64,000 nucleotides of DNA from Nemertoderma westbladi (Eukaryota > Animalia > Xenacoelomorpha), in contig JAUCBJ010005507.1 of the NCBI GenBank assembly GCA_032718475.1, forward strand, positions 5,024-69,023. The letters are read 5' to 3'. Positions within the stretch are counted from its first letter, which is position 1. Every line of letters begins with the position of its first letter. The position numbers were made by a program, and so were the translations under genes. Shown piece by piece: positions 39,278 to 52,894 of this stretch. The notes under the pieces were generated by a model that saw only the letters and a program-made list of their open reading frames with translations, did no database searches and was not told the origin of the DNA.

Positions 39278-40324
39278 TTAAGTGAATTAAATAATATTTA
39301 CTTATTTTTGCTAGAAATTTGTGCTGTTTGTATATTAGCGAAACGCTTCCAGTTGTATTTTGTGTTATATTAAAAATAAATATAACATATTACTTTTAAA
39401 ACACAAATTTCCTGATAATACCTGCCTTTCATCAATCCTCTGTGCGCCTTTGGTTTGGGGTGGTGCAGATTAACATGGGGGGGGGGGGGGGGGGGCCTTT
39501 TCCCTCTCTTTGATTTACTGGTGTTTGGTTAAATTTCTTAGATACCGAGTTTGTGATACAGTAGAATCACTCAATATTAATCTGTATCTCATAACTGAGT
39601 CTATACGTATATATATGCCATATATACAATGTAAAACAACCTCCCACATTCAGACATGTTATTCGGCTTGTTTATCTGGTAGTTGTTATATAAGAGAAGG
39701 TATTTATTGCTTCACGTGCCTTTGATTAAATACATTCTGCAAGTGTAACCAATAGTCTACTGCGTGGACTCCTGACCTCGTATACTGTATATTACTGTAG
39801 GTCATGGCAGACTATATGTACTTGTAAACCGATAACACCGTGAATGGCATACTTCTAGTATTTTAATTCGACAATATTTTTTGATCGAAAAAGTTGGTGC
39901 TAAGGATGTTTGATTGCATATAAATGCTACAAAGACCGAATTCTTATTAATGTTGATGGGAACTTGACAACCATTGATAATAATCAAAGCACGATAGCCT
40001 ATAGCAAGATAGTAACGCACAAAACGTACTGACACTGAACACGGCCAATATTTAATTGTCGTGGGTATACGACTATACGTTTAGGTAATTGCCAAGAGAG
40101 TGCCCATGCGAAGTTTCCCAGGATTCCCTTTCCCAGCGAAGAAAAAAAACATCGGAAAGGAATTTGGCCCATTCACTATCATTAGGGAACTTTCGTATTT
40201 TCGACCATCTTCCCAAACAGTCTGGGAAAGTTCACATGGGTGGTATTTCGATATTCACGTGCTGCGCGAAGGCCTTTTTTTGAGGGGGATCTTCTGTTGA
40301 TCAGTCCTTCGGAGGGTGAGTGAG

Positions 40325-43300
40325 AAGGTGGGTGTGTGGGAATGTGGGAATGTGGGAAGGTGTGTGGATGGGAATGTGGGAAGGTGTGTGGATGGGGATG
40401 TGGCAAGATGGAATGTGGCTGGGAATGTTGAAAGATGAATGTCAATGTGGGAAGATGGGTGGGAATGTGGGAGGATGGAAATGTGGGAGGGAATGTAGGA
40501 ATGTGGCAAGATAGGAATATGGGAAGGTGGATGGGAATGTTGGAAGATGAATGGCAATGTGGGAAGGTGGGTGGGAATGTGGGAAGATGGGAATGTGGGA
40601 AGGTGGATGGGATTGTGGGAAGGTGGAATGCAATGTGGGAAGATTGGAATGTGGCAAGATGGGAATGTGGGAAGGTGGATGGGAATGTTGGAAGATAGGA
40701 ATGTGGGAAGGTGGATGGGAGTGTTGGAAGATGAATGGCAATGTGGGAAGGTGGGTGGGAATGTGGGAATGTGGGAAGGTGAATGGGAATGTGGGAAGGT
40801 GGAATGCAATGTGGGAAGATTGGAATGTGGCAAGATGGGAATGTGGGAAGGTGGATGGGAATGTTGGAAGATAGGAATGTGGGAAGGTGGATGGGAGTGT
40901 TGGAAGATGAATGGCAATGTGGGAAGGTGGGTGGGAATGTGGGAAGATGGGAATGTGGGAAGGTGAATGGGAATGTGGGAAGGTGGAATGTAATGTGGGA
41001 AGATTGGAATGTGGCAAGATGGGAATGTGGATGGGAATGTGGGAAAATGAGAATGTGGGAAGGTGGATGGGAATGTTGGAAGATGGGAATGTTGGAAGAT
41101 GGGAATGTAGGAAGATGGGAATGTAGGAAGATGGGAATGTGGATGAGAAAGTAGGAAGATGTGAATGTGGATGGGAATGTGGGGAGGTGGATGGGAATAT
41201 TGGAAGATGGGAATCTTGGAAGATGGGAATGTTGGAAGATGGGAATGTTGGAAGATGGGAATGTTGGAAAATGGGAATGTTGGAAGATGGGAATGTTGGA
41301 AGATGGCAATGTAGGGAGATGGGAATGTGGGAAGATGGGAATGTGGATGGGAATGTAGGATGATGGGAATGTGGGAATGTGGGAAGGTGGATGGGAATGT
41401 TGGTGGATGGGAATGTGGGTAGATTGGAATGTGGGAAGGTGGGGATGTGGGTCGGAATCTGGGTGGATGGGAATGTGGATGGGAATGTGGGTGGATGGGA
41501 ATTTGGGAAGGTGGGAATGTGAGAAGGTGGATGGGAATGTTGGAAGATGGGAATGTTGGAAGATGGGAATGTAGGAAGATGGGAATGTAGGAAGATGGGA
41601 ATGTGGATGGGAAAGTAGGAAGATGTGAATGTGGATGGGAATGTGGGGAGGTGGATGGGAATATTGGAAGATGGGAATCTTGGAAGATGGGAATGTTGGA
41701 AGATGGGAATGTTGGAAGATGGGAATGTTGGAAGATGGGAATGTTGGAAGATGGGAATGTTGGAAGATGGCAATGTAGGGAGATGGGAATGTGGGAAGAT
41801 GGGAATGTGGATGGGAATGTAGGATGATGGGAATGTGGGAATGTGGGAAGGTGGATGGGAATGTTGGTGGATGGGAGTGAGGGGAGGTGGATGGGAATGT
41901 TGAAAGATGGGAATGTTGGAAGATGGGAATGTAGGAAGATGGGAATGTAGGAAGATGGGAATGTAGACGGGAATGTGGGAGGATGGGAATGTGGGGAGGT
42001 GGATGGGAATGTTGGAAGATGGGAATGTTGGAAGATGGGAATGTAGGAAGATGGGAATGTAGGAAGATGGGAATGTGGATGGGAATGTGGGTGGATGGGA
42101 ATGTGGGTGGATGGGAATGTGGGAAGGTGGTTGGGAATGTGGGAAGAGGTGGGTGGGAATGTGGGTGGATGGTAATGTGGGTGGATGGGAATATGAGAAG
42201 GTGGATGGGAATATTGGAAGATGGGAATGTTGGAAGATGGGAATGTTGGAAAATGGGAATGCAGGAAGATGGGAATGTAGGAATGTGGATGGGAAAGTAG
42301 GAAGATGGGAATGTGGATAGGAATGGGGAAAGGTGGGTGGGAATGTGGGTGGGAATGTGGGTGGATGGGAATATGGGAAGGTGGATGGGAATGTTGGAAG
42401 ATGGGAATGTGGGTGGATGGGAATGTGGGTGGATGGGAATATGGGAAGGTGGATGGGAATGTTGGAAGATGGGAATGTTGGAAGATGGGAATGTAGGAAG
42501 ATGGGAATGTAGGAAGATGGGAATGTGGATGGGAAAGTAGGAAGATGGGAATGTGGGTGGATGGGAATGTGGGAAGGTGGATGGGAATGTGGGAAGGTGG
42601 GTGGGAATGTGGTTGGATGGGAATGTGGGTGGATGGGAATGTGGGAAGGTGGATGAGAATGTTGGAAGATGGGAATGTTGGAAGATGGAAATGTGGGTGG
42701 ATGAGAATGTGGGAAGGTGGATGGGAATGTTGGAAGATTGTAATGTAGGAAGATGGGAATGTGGATGGGAAAGTAGGAAGATGGGAATGTGGATGGGAAT
42801 GTGGGAAGGTGGGTGGGAATGTGGGTGGATGGGAATGTGGATGGGAATGTGGGAAGGTGGGTGGGAATGTGGGTGGATGGGAATGTGGGTGGATGGGAAT
42901 GTGGGAAGGTGGATGAGAATGTTGGAAGATGGGAATGTTGGAAGATGGAAATCTGGATGGGAATGTGGGTGGATGAGAATGTGGGAAGGTGGATGGGAAT
43001 GTTGGAAGATGGGAATGTTGGAAGATGGGAATGTTGGAAGATGGGAATGTTGGAAGATGGGAATGTTGGAAGATGGGAATGTTGGAAGATGGGAATCTAG
43101 GAAGATGGGAATGTGGATGGGAATATATGATGATGGGAATGTGGGAAGGTGGGTGGGAATATGGGTGGATGGGAATATGGGAAGGTGGATGGGAATGTTG
43201 GAAGATGGGAATGTCAGAAGATGGGAATGTAGGAAGATGGGAATGTAGGAAGATGGGAATGTAGGAAGATGGCAATGTGGATGGGAAAGTAGGAAGATGG

Positions 43301-46300
43301 GAATGTGGATGGGAATGTGGGTGGGTGGGAATGTGGGTGGATGGGAATGTGGGTGGATGGGAATATGGGAAGGTGGATGGGAATGTTGGAAGATGGGAAT
43401 GTTGGAAGATGGGAATGTAGGAAGATGGGAATGTAGGAAGATGATAATGTGGATTGGAATGTAGGAAGATGGTAATGTGGGAAGGTGGTTGGGAATGTGG
43501 GTGAATGGGAATGTGGGGAGGTGGATGGGAATGTTGGAAGATGGGAATGTTGGAAGATGGGAATGTTGAAAGATGGGAATGTAGGAAGATGGGAATGTGG
43601 GAAGGTGGATGGGAATGTGGGTGGATGGGAATGTGGGTGGATGGGAATGTGGGAAGGTGGGGATGTGAGTGGATGGGAATGTGGATGGGAATGTGGGTGG
43701 ATGGGAATGTTGGAAGGTGGGAATGTGGGAAGGTGGATGAGAATGTTGGAAGATGGGAATGTTGGAAGATGGGAATGTCTGAAGATGGGAATGTAGGAAC
43801 ATGGGAATGTGGATGGGAAAGTAGGAAGATGGGAATGTGGATGGGAATGTGGGAAGGTGGATGGGAATATTGGAAGATGGGAATGTTGGAAGATGGGAAT
43901 GTTGGAAGATGGGAATGTTGGAAGATGGGAATGTTGGAAGAAGGGAATGTTGGAAGATGGGAATGTTGGAAGATGGGAATGTTGGAAGATGGGAATGTAG
44001 GGAGATGGGAATGTGGGAAGATGGGAATGTATGGGAATGTAGGATGATGGGAATGTGGGAATGTGGGAAGGTGGTTGGGAATGTGGGTGAATGGGAATGT
44101 GGGGAGGTGGATGGGAATGTTGGAAGATGGGAATGTTGGAAGATGGGAATGTTGAAAGATGGGAATGTAGGAAGATGGGAATGTAGGAAGATGGGAAAGC
44201 GGATGGGAAAGTGGGAAGATGGGAATGTGGATGGGAATGTGGATGGGAATGTGGGTGGATGGGAATGTGGGAAGGTGGATGGGAATGTGGGAAGAGGTGG
44301 GTGGGAATGTGGGTGGATGGGAATGTGGGTGGATGGGAATATGGGAAGGTGGATGGGAATATTGGAAGATGGTAATGTTGGAAGATGGGAATGTAGGAAG
44401 ATGGGAATGTAGGAAGATGGGAATGTGGATGGAAAGTAGGAAGATGGGAATGTGGATGGGAATGTGGGTGGATGGGAATGTGGGAAGGTGGATGGAAATG
44501 TGGGAAGATGGGTGGTAATGTGGGTGGATAGGAAAGTGGGTGGATGGGAATGTGGGAAGGTGGATGAGAATGTTGGAAGATGGGAATGTTGGAAGATGGA
44601 AATGTGGATGGGAATGTGGGTGGATGAGAATGTGGGAAGGTGGATGGGAATGTTGGAAGATGGGAATGTTGGAAGATGGGAATGTTGGAAGATGGGAATG
44701 TTGGAAGATGGGAATGTTGGAAGATGGGAATGTTGGAAGATGGGAATCTAGGAAGATGGGAATGTGGATGGGAATATATGATGATGGGAATGTGGGAAGG
44801 TGGGTGGGAATATGGGTGGATGGGAATATAGGAAGGTGGATGGGAATGTTGGAAGATGGGAATGTCAGAAGATGGGAATGTAGGAAGATGGGAATGTAGG
44901 AAGATGGGAATGTAGGAAGATGGGAATGTAGGAAGATGGCAATGTGGATGGGAAAGTAGGAAGATGGGAATGTGGATGGGAATGTGGGTGGGTGGGAATG
45001 TGGGTGGATGGGAATGTGGGTGGATGGGAATATGGGAAGGTGGATGGGAATGTTGGAAGATGGGAATGTTGGAAGATGGGAATGTAGGAAGATGGGAATG
45101 TAGGAAGATGATAATGTGGATTGGAATGTAGGAAGATGGTAATGTGGGAAGGTGGTTGGGAATGTGGGTGAATGGGAATGTGGGGAGGTGGATGGGAATG
45201 TTGGAAGATGGGAATGTTGAAAGATGGGAATGTAGGAAGATGGGAATGTGGGAAGGTGGATGGGAATGTGGGTGGATGGGAATGTGGGTGGATGGGAATG
45301 TGGGAAGGTGGGGATGTGAGTGGATGGGAATGTGGATGGGAATGTGGGTGGATGGGAATGTTGGAATGTGGGAAGGTGGATGAGAATGTTGGAAGATGGG
45401 AATGTTGGAAGATGGGAATGTAGGAAGATGGGAATGTAGGAACATGGGAATGTGGATGGGAAAGTAGGAAGATGGGAATGTGGATGGGAATGTGGGAAGG
45501 TGGATGGGAATATTGGAAGATGGGAATGTTGGAAGATGGGAATGTTGGAAGATGGGAATGTTGGAAGATGGGAATGTTGGAAGAAGGGAATGTTGGAAGA
45601 TGGGAATGTTGGAAGATGGGAATGTTGGAAGATGGGAATGTAGGGAGATGGGAATGTGGGAAGATGGGAATGTATGGGAATGTAGGATGATGGGAATGTG
45701 GGAAGGTGGGAATGTGGGAAGGTGGTTGGGAATGTGGGTGAATGGGAATGTGGGGAGGTGGATGGGAATGTTGGAAGATGGGAATGTTGGAAGATGGGAA
45801 TGTTGAAAGATGGGAATGTAGGAAGATGGGAATGTAGGAAGATGGGAAAGCGGATGGGAAAGTGGGAAGATGGGAATGTGGATGGGAATGTGGGTGGATG
45901 GGAATGTGGGAAGGTGGATGGGAATGTGGGAAGAGGTGGGTGGGAATGTGGGTGGATGGGAATGTGGGTGGATGGGAATATGGGAAGGTGGATGGGAATA
46001 TTGGAAGATGGTAATGTTGGAAGATGGGAATGTAGGAAGATGGGAATGTAGGAAGATGGGAATGTGGATGGAAAGTAGGAAGATGGGAATGTGGATGGGA
46101 ATGTGGGTGGATGGGAATGTGGGAAGGTGGATGGAAATGTGGGAAGGTGGGTGGTAATGTGGGTGGATAGGAAAGTGGGTGGATGGGAATGTGGGAAGGT
46201 GGATGAGAATGTTGGAAGATGGGAATGTTGGAAGATGGGAATGTTGGAAGATGGAAATGTGGATGGGAATGTGGGTGGATGGGAATGTGGTAAGGTGGAT

Positions 46301-47225
46301 GGGAATGTTGGAAGATGGGAATTTAGGAAGATGGGAATGTAGGAAGATGGGAATGTGGGTGGATGGGAATGTGGGTGGATGGGAATATGGGAAGGTGGAT
46401 GGGAATGTTGGAAGATGGGAATGTTAGAAGATGGGAATGTAGGAAGATGGGAATGTAGGAAGATGGGAATGTGGATGGGAAAGTAGGAAGATGGGAATGT
46501 GGATGGGAATGTGGGAAGGTGGGTGGGAATGTGGGAAGGTGGGTGGAAATGTGGGTGGATGGGAATGTTGGAAGATGGGAAAGTAGGAAGATGGGAATGT
46601 GGATGGGAAAGTAGGAAGATGTGAATGTGGGTGGATGGGAATGTGGGAAGGTGGATGGAAATGTGGGTGGATGGGAATGTGGGAAGGTGGATGGGAATGT
46701 GGGTCGATGGGAATGTTGGAAGATGGGAATGTTGGAAGATGGGAATGTTGGAAGATGGGAATGTAGGAAGATGGGAAAGTAGGAAGATGGGAATCTGAAT
46801 GGGAAAGTAGGAAGATGGGAATGTGGGTGGATGGGAATGTGGGAAGGTGGATGGGAATGTGGGAAGGTGGATGGAAATGTGGGTGGATGGGAATGTGGGA
46901 AGGTGGGTGGGAATGTGGGTGGATGGGAATGTTGGAAGATGGGAATGTTGGAAGATGGGAATGTTGGAAGATGGGAATGTAGGAAGATGGGAAAGTAGGA
47001 AGATGGGAATGTGAATGGGAAAGTAGGAAGATGGGAATGTGCGTGGATGGGAATGTGGGAAGGTGGATGGAAATGTGGTGGATGGGAATGTAGGATGATG
47101 GGAATGTGGGAAGACGGATGGGAATATGGGAAGGTGGATGGGAATGTTGGAAGATGGGAATGTAGGAAGATGGGAATGTAGGAAGATGGGAATGTGGATG
47201 GGAATGTTGGTGTATGGAAATGTTG
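40325..47225 (+). repeat. ~6.9-kb purine-rich satellite (GGGAATGT[T/A]GGAAGAT / GGGAATGTGGGTGGAT) with internal segmental duplications
   Basis: Almost no C on plus strand; rare variants recur at 464-bp (41139/41603) and ~1651-bp spacing (e.g. ggatgtgagt 43661/45312). Confidence 0.95.
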
Positions 47226-47244
47226 CAAGGTGGCACTTATGGTT

Positions 47245-47585
47245 GTTAATTGTTTTGGTTAGAAAAGCCCGATTCTGTAAACTGCTTTATTCCCTGAATA
47301 GGTAACAACATCGCTTATTGTTTTGGTTATAAAATCCTGCCCCTGTAACCTGCTACTTTCCCTCAATTGGTAGGTAACAACAACATTTATTGTGCCGCCT
47401 CTGTAACCTGCCTCTTTCCTTCAATTGGTAGGTAACAACAACGTTTACTGATTTGGTTAGAACAGTCAGCCGCTGTAACCTGCTCCTTTCCCTCAATTTG
47501 TAGGTAACAACATCGTTTATTGTTTTGGTTAGAAAATGTAATCTGAAACCTCCTCCATTCCTTCAATTAGTAGGTATCAACAGCG
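47245..47585 (+). repeat. Tandem ~60-bp units derived from the MITE internal motif (tgttttggttagaa...ctgtaacctgctcctttccctcaatt); similar array at ~56200-56450
   Basis: Same motif as in MITE 26931-27180. Confidence 0.7.
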
Positions 47586-47684
47586 TTTTTTGATTTCCAC
47601 ATTCCCATCTTCTTACTTTCAAATCCACCTCCCCACCCCATGCTTCTTCCCACATTCGATTCGTTATCCACCTTCCCCCATTCC

Positions 47685-49115
47685 CACCGACCGACCAACC
47701 AACCGCGTCACCCACCCACCGAGCCACCAACCGATCGAGCCACCCACCGAGCTACCTACCGACCGACCGACCAACCACCCGACTGAGCCACCCACCCATC
47801 GAGCCACCTACATACAGCCACCCACCCTCCCACCGAGCCACCTACCGACCGACCGACCAACAAACCAACCAACCGACCAGCCAACCAACCGAGCCACAAC
47901 CCACCGAGCCACCTACAAACCGAGCGACCCACCGAGCCACCTACCAACCGACCGACCTACCAACCGACCGAGACACCCACCCACCGAGCCACCTACCTAC
48001 CGACCGACCGAGCCACCCACCGAGCCACCTACCGAACGACAGACCGACCACTACTACTACTAGGATCGGCATGCTGCAGTGCAGCTGCATTTTTAAGAAT
48101 GCTGTGCCGGCTTGTCGACAAAATTGCGCCGCCACAACTCCCAATCACCCATGACATTTGCTAGATCATCCGCATCTTCAAGGCCAGTGTCCTTTAAGAT
48201 GCGTCTCAAGAAAGTCATGGGCTGTCCACCATGCTTATTCACTCCATGGGGCTGCCCAAGTACAAGATTATGCACTGGCTGGTCCTCACGGAGAAAGCAA
48301 TGTCCTGCAAAGCGGGGGCGATTCTGTTCTAGTGTCAAGCTTGGGGGAACCAATGAGACACCTCCAATGTTATATAGTGTCTCGTTGGAGATGTGTGCAT
48401 TGTACTTGACACAATGAACCCGGCGTAACATTCTTGTGAATGTGCCATCCAGAGATTTGGTGTCCTCTCCTCAGCAGTTAGAGCCCAGCATGGACTCCCA
48501 TAGACGAGTACTGGAACTACTGCTGCTCTAAATAATCGGACCTTAAAGTTTCCGATTAATTCTCGGTGACTTCCAAATCCTGGAAAGCCTATTCAAGGCT
48601 GCCCATGCCAACCGACAAACCAACCAACAGAACGAGCCCCACCCACCGAACACCTACCTACCGACCAACCAACCGACCGACCAACCAAGCGACCGACCAA
48701 CCAACCGACCGAGCCACCCACCTACCGAGCCACCTACCTACCGACCGACCAACCATCCGAACGAGCCACCCACCCACCGAGCCCCCCACCCACCGAGCCC
48801 CCCACCCACCCACCGACCGACCAACCATTCGACCGAGCCACACACCCACCGATCCACCTACAGACCGAACGACCCACCTACCAACCGACCGAGCCACCCA
48901 CCCACCGAGCCACATACCTACCGACCAAGCCACCCACCCACCGAGCCACCCACCCACCGACCGACCAAGCCACCCACCCACCGAGCCACCCATCCACCAA
49001 GGAGCACACGGGTCGGGTTGAGTCGGTCTCCCAAGGGAAAGGAGCACACGGGTCGGGTTGAGTCGGTCTCCCAAGGGAAAGGAGCACACGGGTCGGGTTG
49101 AGTCGGTCTCCCAAG
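47685..49115 (+). repeat. Low-complexity CCGA/CCAC repeat, split by a LINE fragment, ending in 3 x 40-bp units (ggagcacacgggtcgggttgagtcggtctcccaagggaaa)
   Basis: Direct inspection; 40-bp units at 49001, 49041, 49081. Confidence 0.85.
48062..48608 (-). mobile_element. 3' fragment of RTE-type non-LTR retrotransposon ORF
   Basis: HISNETLY, RFAGHC..., LFRAAVVPVLVYG-like segment typical of RTE-clade C-termini; (tag)n tail at the 3' end. Confidence 0.7.
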
Positions 49116-49261
49116 TTTCCCGTTTACCAACGAAATACAATGAGATACAAATAATGGAAAATGTGGATTACTATTTGAAAAGTAATCAATAAGAATATTA
49201 AGAAAATTTTAATATGCCAAACATTTTAAATCATATACAGAGTTAAAAAATAAGATTCCAA

Positions 49262-49780
49262 TTAGTTTTCAATATCAAAAATACTATTTAAAATTTCATG
49301 TAATTCTGAGTCATTAACGCTTCGTGTGCGAAAGCGTTGCATAGCAACAGCCAGATGCAAAGCTAGCAGATGCTTGCACATCAACCAATCAGGTTTACGG
49401 ATAACAGAGAACTCGAAAGATGGGCATCGACAGTAGAGAAGCGCTGGTAGACAATGGTAGACATTGCCTGAAGTCCCCAATACCTCGAACAACCGACAGG
49501 TGTCGCTCTGCAGTTCAGTGACGCTGTCTTTTTCTACAAGGTCTAACGCTTGTACCAAAGGTCCCCTGAAAACCACCTGTAGAGCGCTGAGTAGGCTATC
49601 AGGAACCATAAGTATATTAACGCCCCCAGCGTGCGTGTCCCGCATTGGTGATCCAGTAGTACTCACACCAGTTGAATCTGACTCTTCTGCTACAGACTGG
49701 TTACAGACCTTGGACAACTCGGCTAATAAATAATTAGCTATTTGCGGAAGTCGCCTCCTCTCTTGGAATTCTATCGCCAT
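49262..49780 (-). CDS. ZSWIM7: SWIM zinc-finger protein ZSWIM7/SWS1 (Shu complex, homologous recombination), intronless CDS
   Basis: 172 aa; LSALQVVF..LVQALDLV, FEVLGTSG..YHC, YCRCPSFEFSV...MCKHLLA (CxC-xn-CxH SWIM). Confidence 0.9.
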   Translation of the reverse strand: MAIEFQERRRLPQIANYLLAELSKVCNQSVAEESDSTGVSTTGSPMRDTHAGGVNILMVPDSLLSALQVVFRGPLVQALDLVEKDSVTELQSDTCRLFEVLGTSGNVYHCLPALLYCRCPSFEFSVIRKPDWLMCKHLLALHLAVAMQRFRTRSVNDSELHEILNSIFDIEN

Positions 49781-50917
49781 TATATTATTTTAGTTCGAAT
49801 AATTTATAAGATAGAGGATCTGCCTAACCGCATCCGGACAGCCATATGAAGTACATCATAGTAAAGAAATGAATAATTATTAAATAATATTTATTTATAT
49901 TAAAAATACTAGCAGCACAATAATTATTATAATTAAAAGATATCCGAATGAATGTAGGAATTATGTAAAGTAGAAAGAACTTCGTTTCTAGGTCAGTAGG
50001 TGATTAACGAAATAGTCTGACAACGTTAGCTGATAATAATTGATTGCTTAAGTAATTGTATCATCACAAGTTATACAATACGTGTGTGGTGTGATCAAAT
50101 TAAAATTAAAATTATAAAATTACGTATTACATGGGAAAAAAACGTAGAACATTTTTTTTCCAATATTCTCTCGACCCTTTATTAACCTCGCTGACGTTCG
50201 GTAAATAAAATGCCTCGAGAATAATGAAAAAAAGATTTTCCCCATGTAATAAATAATTATTAATGCTAAATTTATTAATAATTACCAACGTAATTACTAA
50301 TCTAGAATAAATAATGCGAATTCAAGAGAATAATCTTCTAGTTCGATGATTGCATATATATTTTATTACCGCATTTTTGGAAGACTAATTGGATAATTAT
50401 TGTCATCAAATGCGGACATTGAAGTCTTTATTGTCCGCACTTTTGCGGACAAAAAATAAAACTTCAATCTGAATATAATATAATACTATATATAACCTGT
50501 TCTATTGCTTTTAATTTATTCATTGTTTTGTTGGGATAGCGACAAGACCCCCCCCCCCCCCCCCTCCCGTCTCCAATTCGGGGCATTTTAATACAACAAA
50601 AACAGTTCGAGAATAATTATCTATATAATAATAATTAAAAATACAAACAAAATTACTAAATAAATAATATTATGTTTCACTATATCTACAACACACTAAT
50701 GGATAACTAACACTTCATATTGCTTGAATTTATTAGTTTAACGATCTATAATATTATCTATATATGATAACTAGGATAATTACCCCCCTGAACAAAATTA
50801 CTTTTATATTTACTATTTAATATCTGTTATTTAGGCAATTGTCAGGGAGGCAATTATCCTGTCATGTCAAAATCTATAAGGAGCCTAATTGCACGATTAT
50901 TATAAACGTTTAACTAT

Positions 50918-52306
50918 CTAACGACTCATATATGCGTGGAAAAACATTCCCACAAACAGCATAAACTCGTGTATAAAACTCAGGTAGAAGGCGAGGTACA
51001 TAAGGACATGTCGGAGTAGGCTGATCTCCCAACCTATATCCAACACAAAGGGCCCATCGCTAACGTCTCGAAACCCTGAAGTAACAGCAACGTTATTAAA
51101 CGCGTAGATCCGAACTACCTCGGAAGAAGATTCCGATACGCTATAAAGGATAGCGATGTGTAGAGAGAGGGCTACGGAATACAGGATCTGGGAGGATATC
51201 ATCCCTAGACTAAGGTAAACGTTGCGAATCATATCAGTTATCGCGGTGCTGCTTACTCTACCGGTTTCGCGCTGAAGAGCTTCAAGTTTTCGAGGAGCCG
51301 TGTCGAGATGACATTGGAGACAAGTTGGTAAGAGAAAGAGTTTAACTAGAGAGGATAACATTTGTACGCTAATGTGGACTGTCTGGTAGTTATTGCATGG
51401 GATTACTGGGGTGTCTGGATGACAGAGGATGTGTTCCCTGAAGGATTGAACCCACATGCCAACATAGACGGAGTCAAGAACCGTGGCCATGTAGAAGGAG
51501 AACTTATATATGTTGGGACAGGTTGGGTTGCGAAGACTGTCGATAAAGAGTTTGGCGAAGCGGAAAGCGGGGAAAGTTAACAAGCTGCCGATAGCTGTGG
51601 ATATTACAGTTAGAGTTAAACCGAAACACACGTACGAGTTAGTGGTACCGGTAGTGTTAGATTGCGTTATATTGTTAGAAGAATTAGTTAGATTTACGTA
51701 CAACTGTCGGAGGTTTAGATTGAGGTATCGGTCTGGAAGAGCCACTATTGCCATTGAGAACAAAACATTGAAACACATTGCCATGAGAAATGTGGAACGC
51801 TCGCCTACCAAAGAATCCGAGGTAAAATACAGTTTGGAGAAAGAAGATAAATTCTTTAAGATGATAAATAAGGCGACCAGACTCCAAATGGCGCTGAGGT
51901 TGATACCTTGCCGAGCAGGAGGGGAGTAAAGACAATAAATCTCGGTGATAAAGAAAACAGCTGTTGAAAATAAACTGAAATCCAGGATAAATTGGAACTC
52001 ACTGTAGTGAGGGAGAACAAGAACTTCTAAAATTTTTAGTCGGTGGCTTTTCAGTTGGATTTCCCCAGCCAACGATTTGGATACATTAACGACACCATCG
52101 CCTCGCGAATCACGAGATTTATCGGCGGGTTTACGTTTCGGTCGTTTGGTACCGGTAGCGAGTAGCTGTCTGTATGTGTCGTCGGTCGGCGGTAGGTAGC
52201 GGTGGAGCCCGGATCGAAGTATAAGATGGCCGATAATTGGCGAGAGTTTGGTGAGGAACGTGACGCAAACCAAAGATACAACCAGTTGTGTCCCAAGTAG
52301 AGCCAT
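50918..52306 (-). CDS. TMEM161: Transmembrane protein 161 family, intronless CDS
   Basis: N-terminus MALLGTQLVVSL, LHRYLPPTD, HYSEFQFILDFS, GERS, LLTFPAFRFAK match TMEM161A/B; ATG at 52306. Confidence 0.9.
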   Translation of the reverse strand: MALLGTQLVVSLVCVTFLTKLSPIIGHLILRSGLHRYLPPTDDTYRQLLATGTKRPKRKPADKSRDSRGDGVVNVSKSLAGEIQLKSHRLKILEVLVLPHYSEFQFILDFSLFSTAVFFITEIYCLYSPPARQGINLSAIWSLVALFIILKNLSSFSKLYFTSDSLVGERSTFLMAMCFNVLFSMAIVALPDRYLNLNLRQLYVNLTNSSNNITQSNTTGTTNSYVCFGLTLTVISTAIGSLLTFPAFRFAKLFIDSLRNPTCPNIYKFSFYMATVLDSVYVGMWVQSFREHILCHPDTPVIPCNNYQTVHISVQMLSSLVKLFLLPTCLQCHLDTAPRKLEALQRETGRVSSTAITDMIRNVYLSLGMISSQILYSVALSLHIAILYSVSESSSEVVRIYAFNNVAVTSGFRDVSDGPFVLDIGWEISLLRHVLMYLAFYLSFIHEFMLFVGMFFHAYMSR

Positions 52307-52894
52307 TTCAGCTTCGTACAAACGTCTGTATCTGTTTGGCGATCGGTATTGCGGTAAAATAGGCCACCAGAACACAGAAGCTGACCATTACTGCATTACC
52401 ATACAGCAGCAGGCCTACAGAGCTGCAGTAGTGCAGTACACCTACAAATATAAGATAAACATGTGGGAAGTGGTACAATGACAATGAGATGTCAAAATAC
52501 AGATAGAGGAGGAGGACTTTCGACGCACCCAAAATTCATCCCTCTCCAGGAGATAATCGACGCGAATTACTACTGTGGCAGTATTCTGTTTTACTATCAA
52601 AATTCGGTTGCGGTGGTATTCCTATTAAATATAGACTGTAAATAACAATGTGTTAACTATGAATACAACTGTTACTCCCAACTAAATGCACCCAAATGTT
52701 CCTCTGTCCCTAATATGACTTAAAATGACCGCTAATCCTTATCCTCTTCCCAATTTCCCATAATAACTATTAAGATTTTTTACGTAAATACCAAATACAT
52801 ACTGCAATACTGTATTGCTTCAATTTACTTTCGAAAAGTAAATATCATTTATCTAAGAGAATCGTAAAAAATTCGAGTCTGTTTCTTACTTACT

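Noticed and set aside
40182-47236. His/Pro-rich ORFs up to 1206 aa
   Set aside because: Open in several frames because the C-rich satellite strand lacks stops; not credible as protein.
52307-52375. N-terminal extension of TMEM161 in the ORF track
   Set aside because: Non-ATG start; family N-terminus begins at MALLG (52306).
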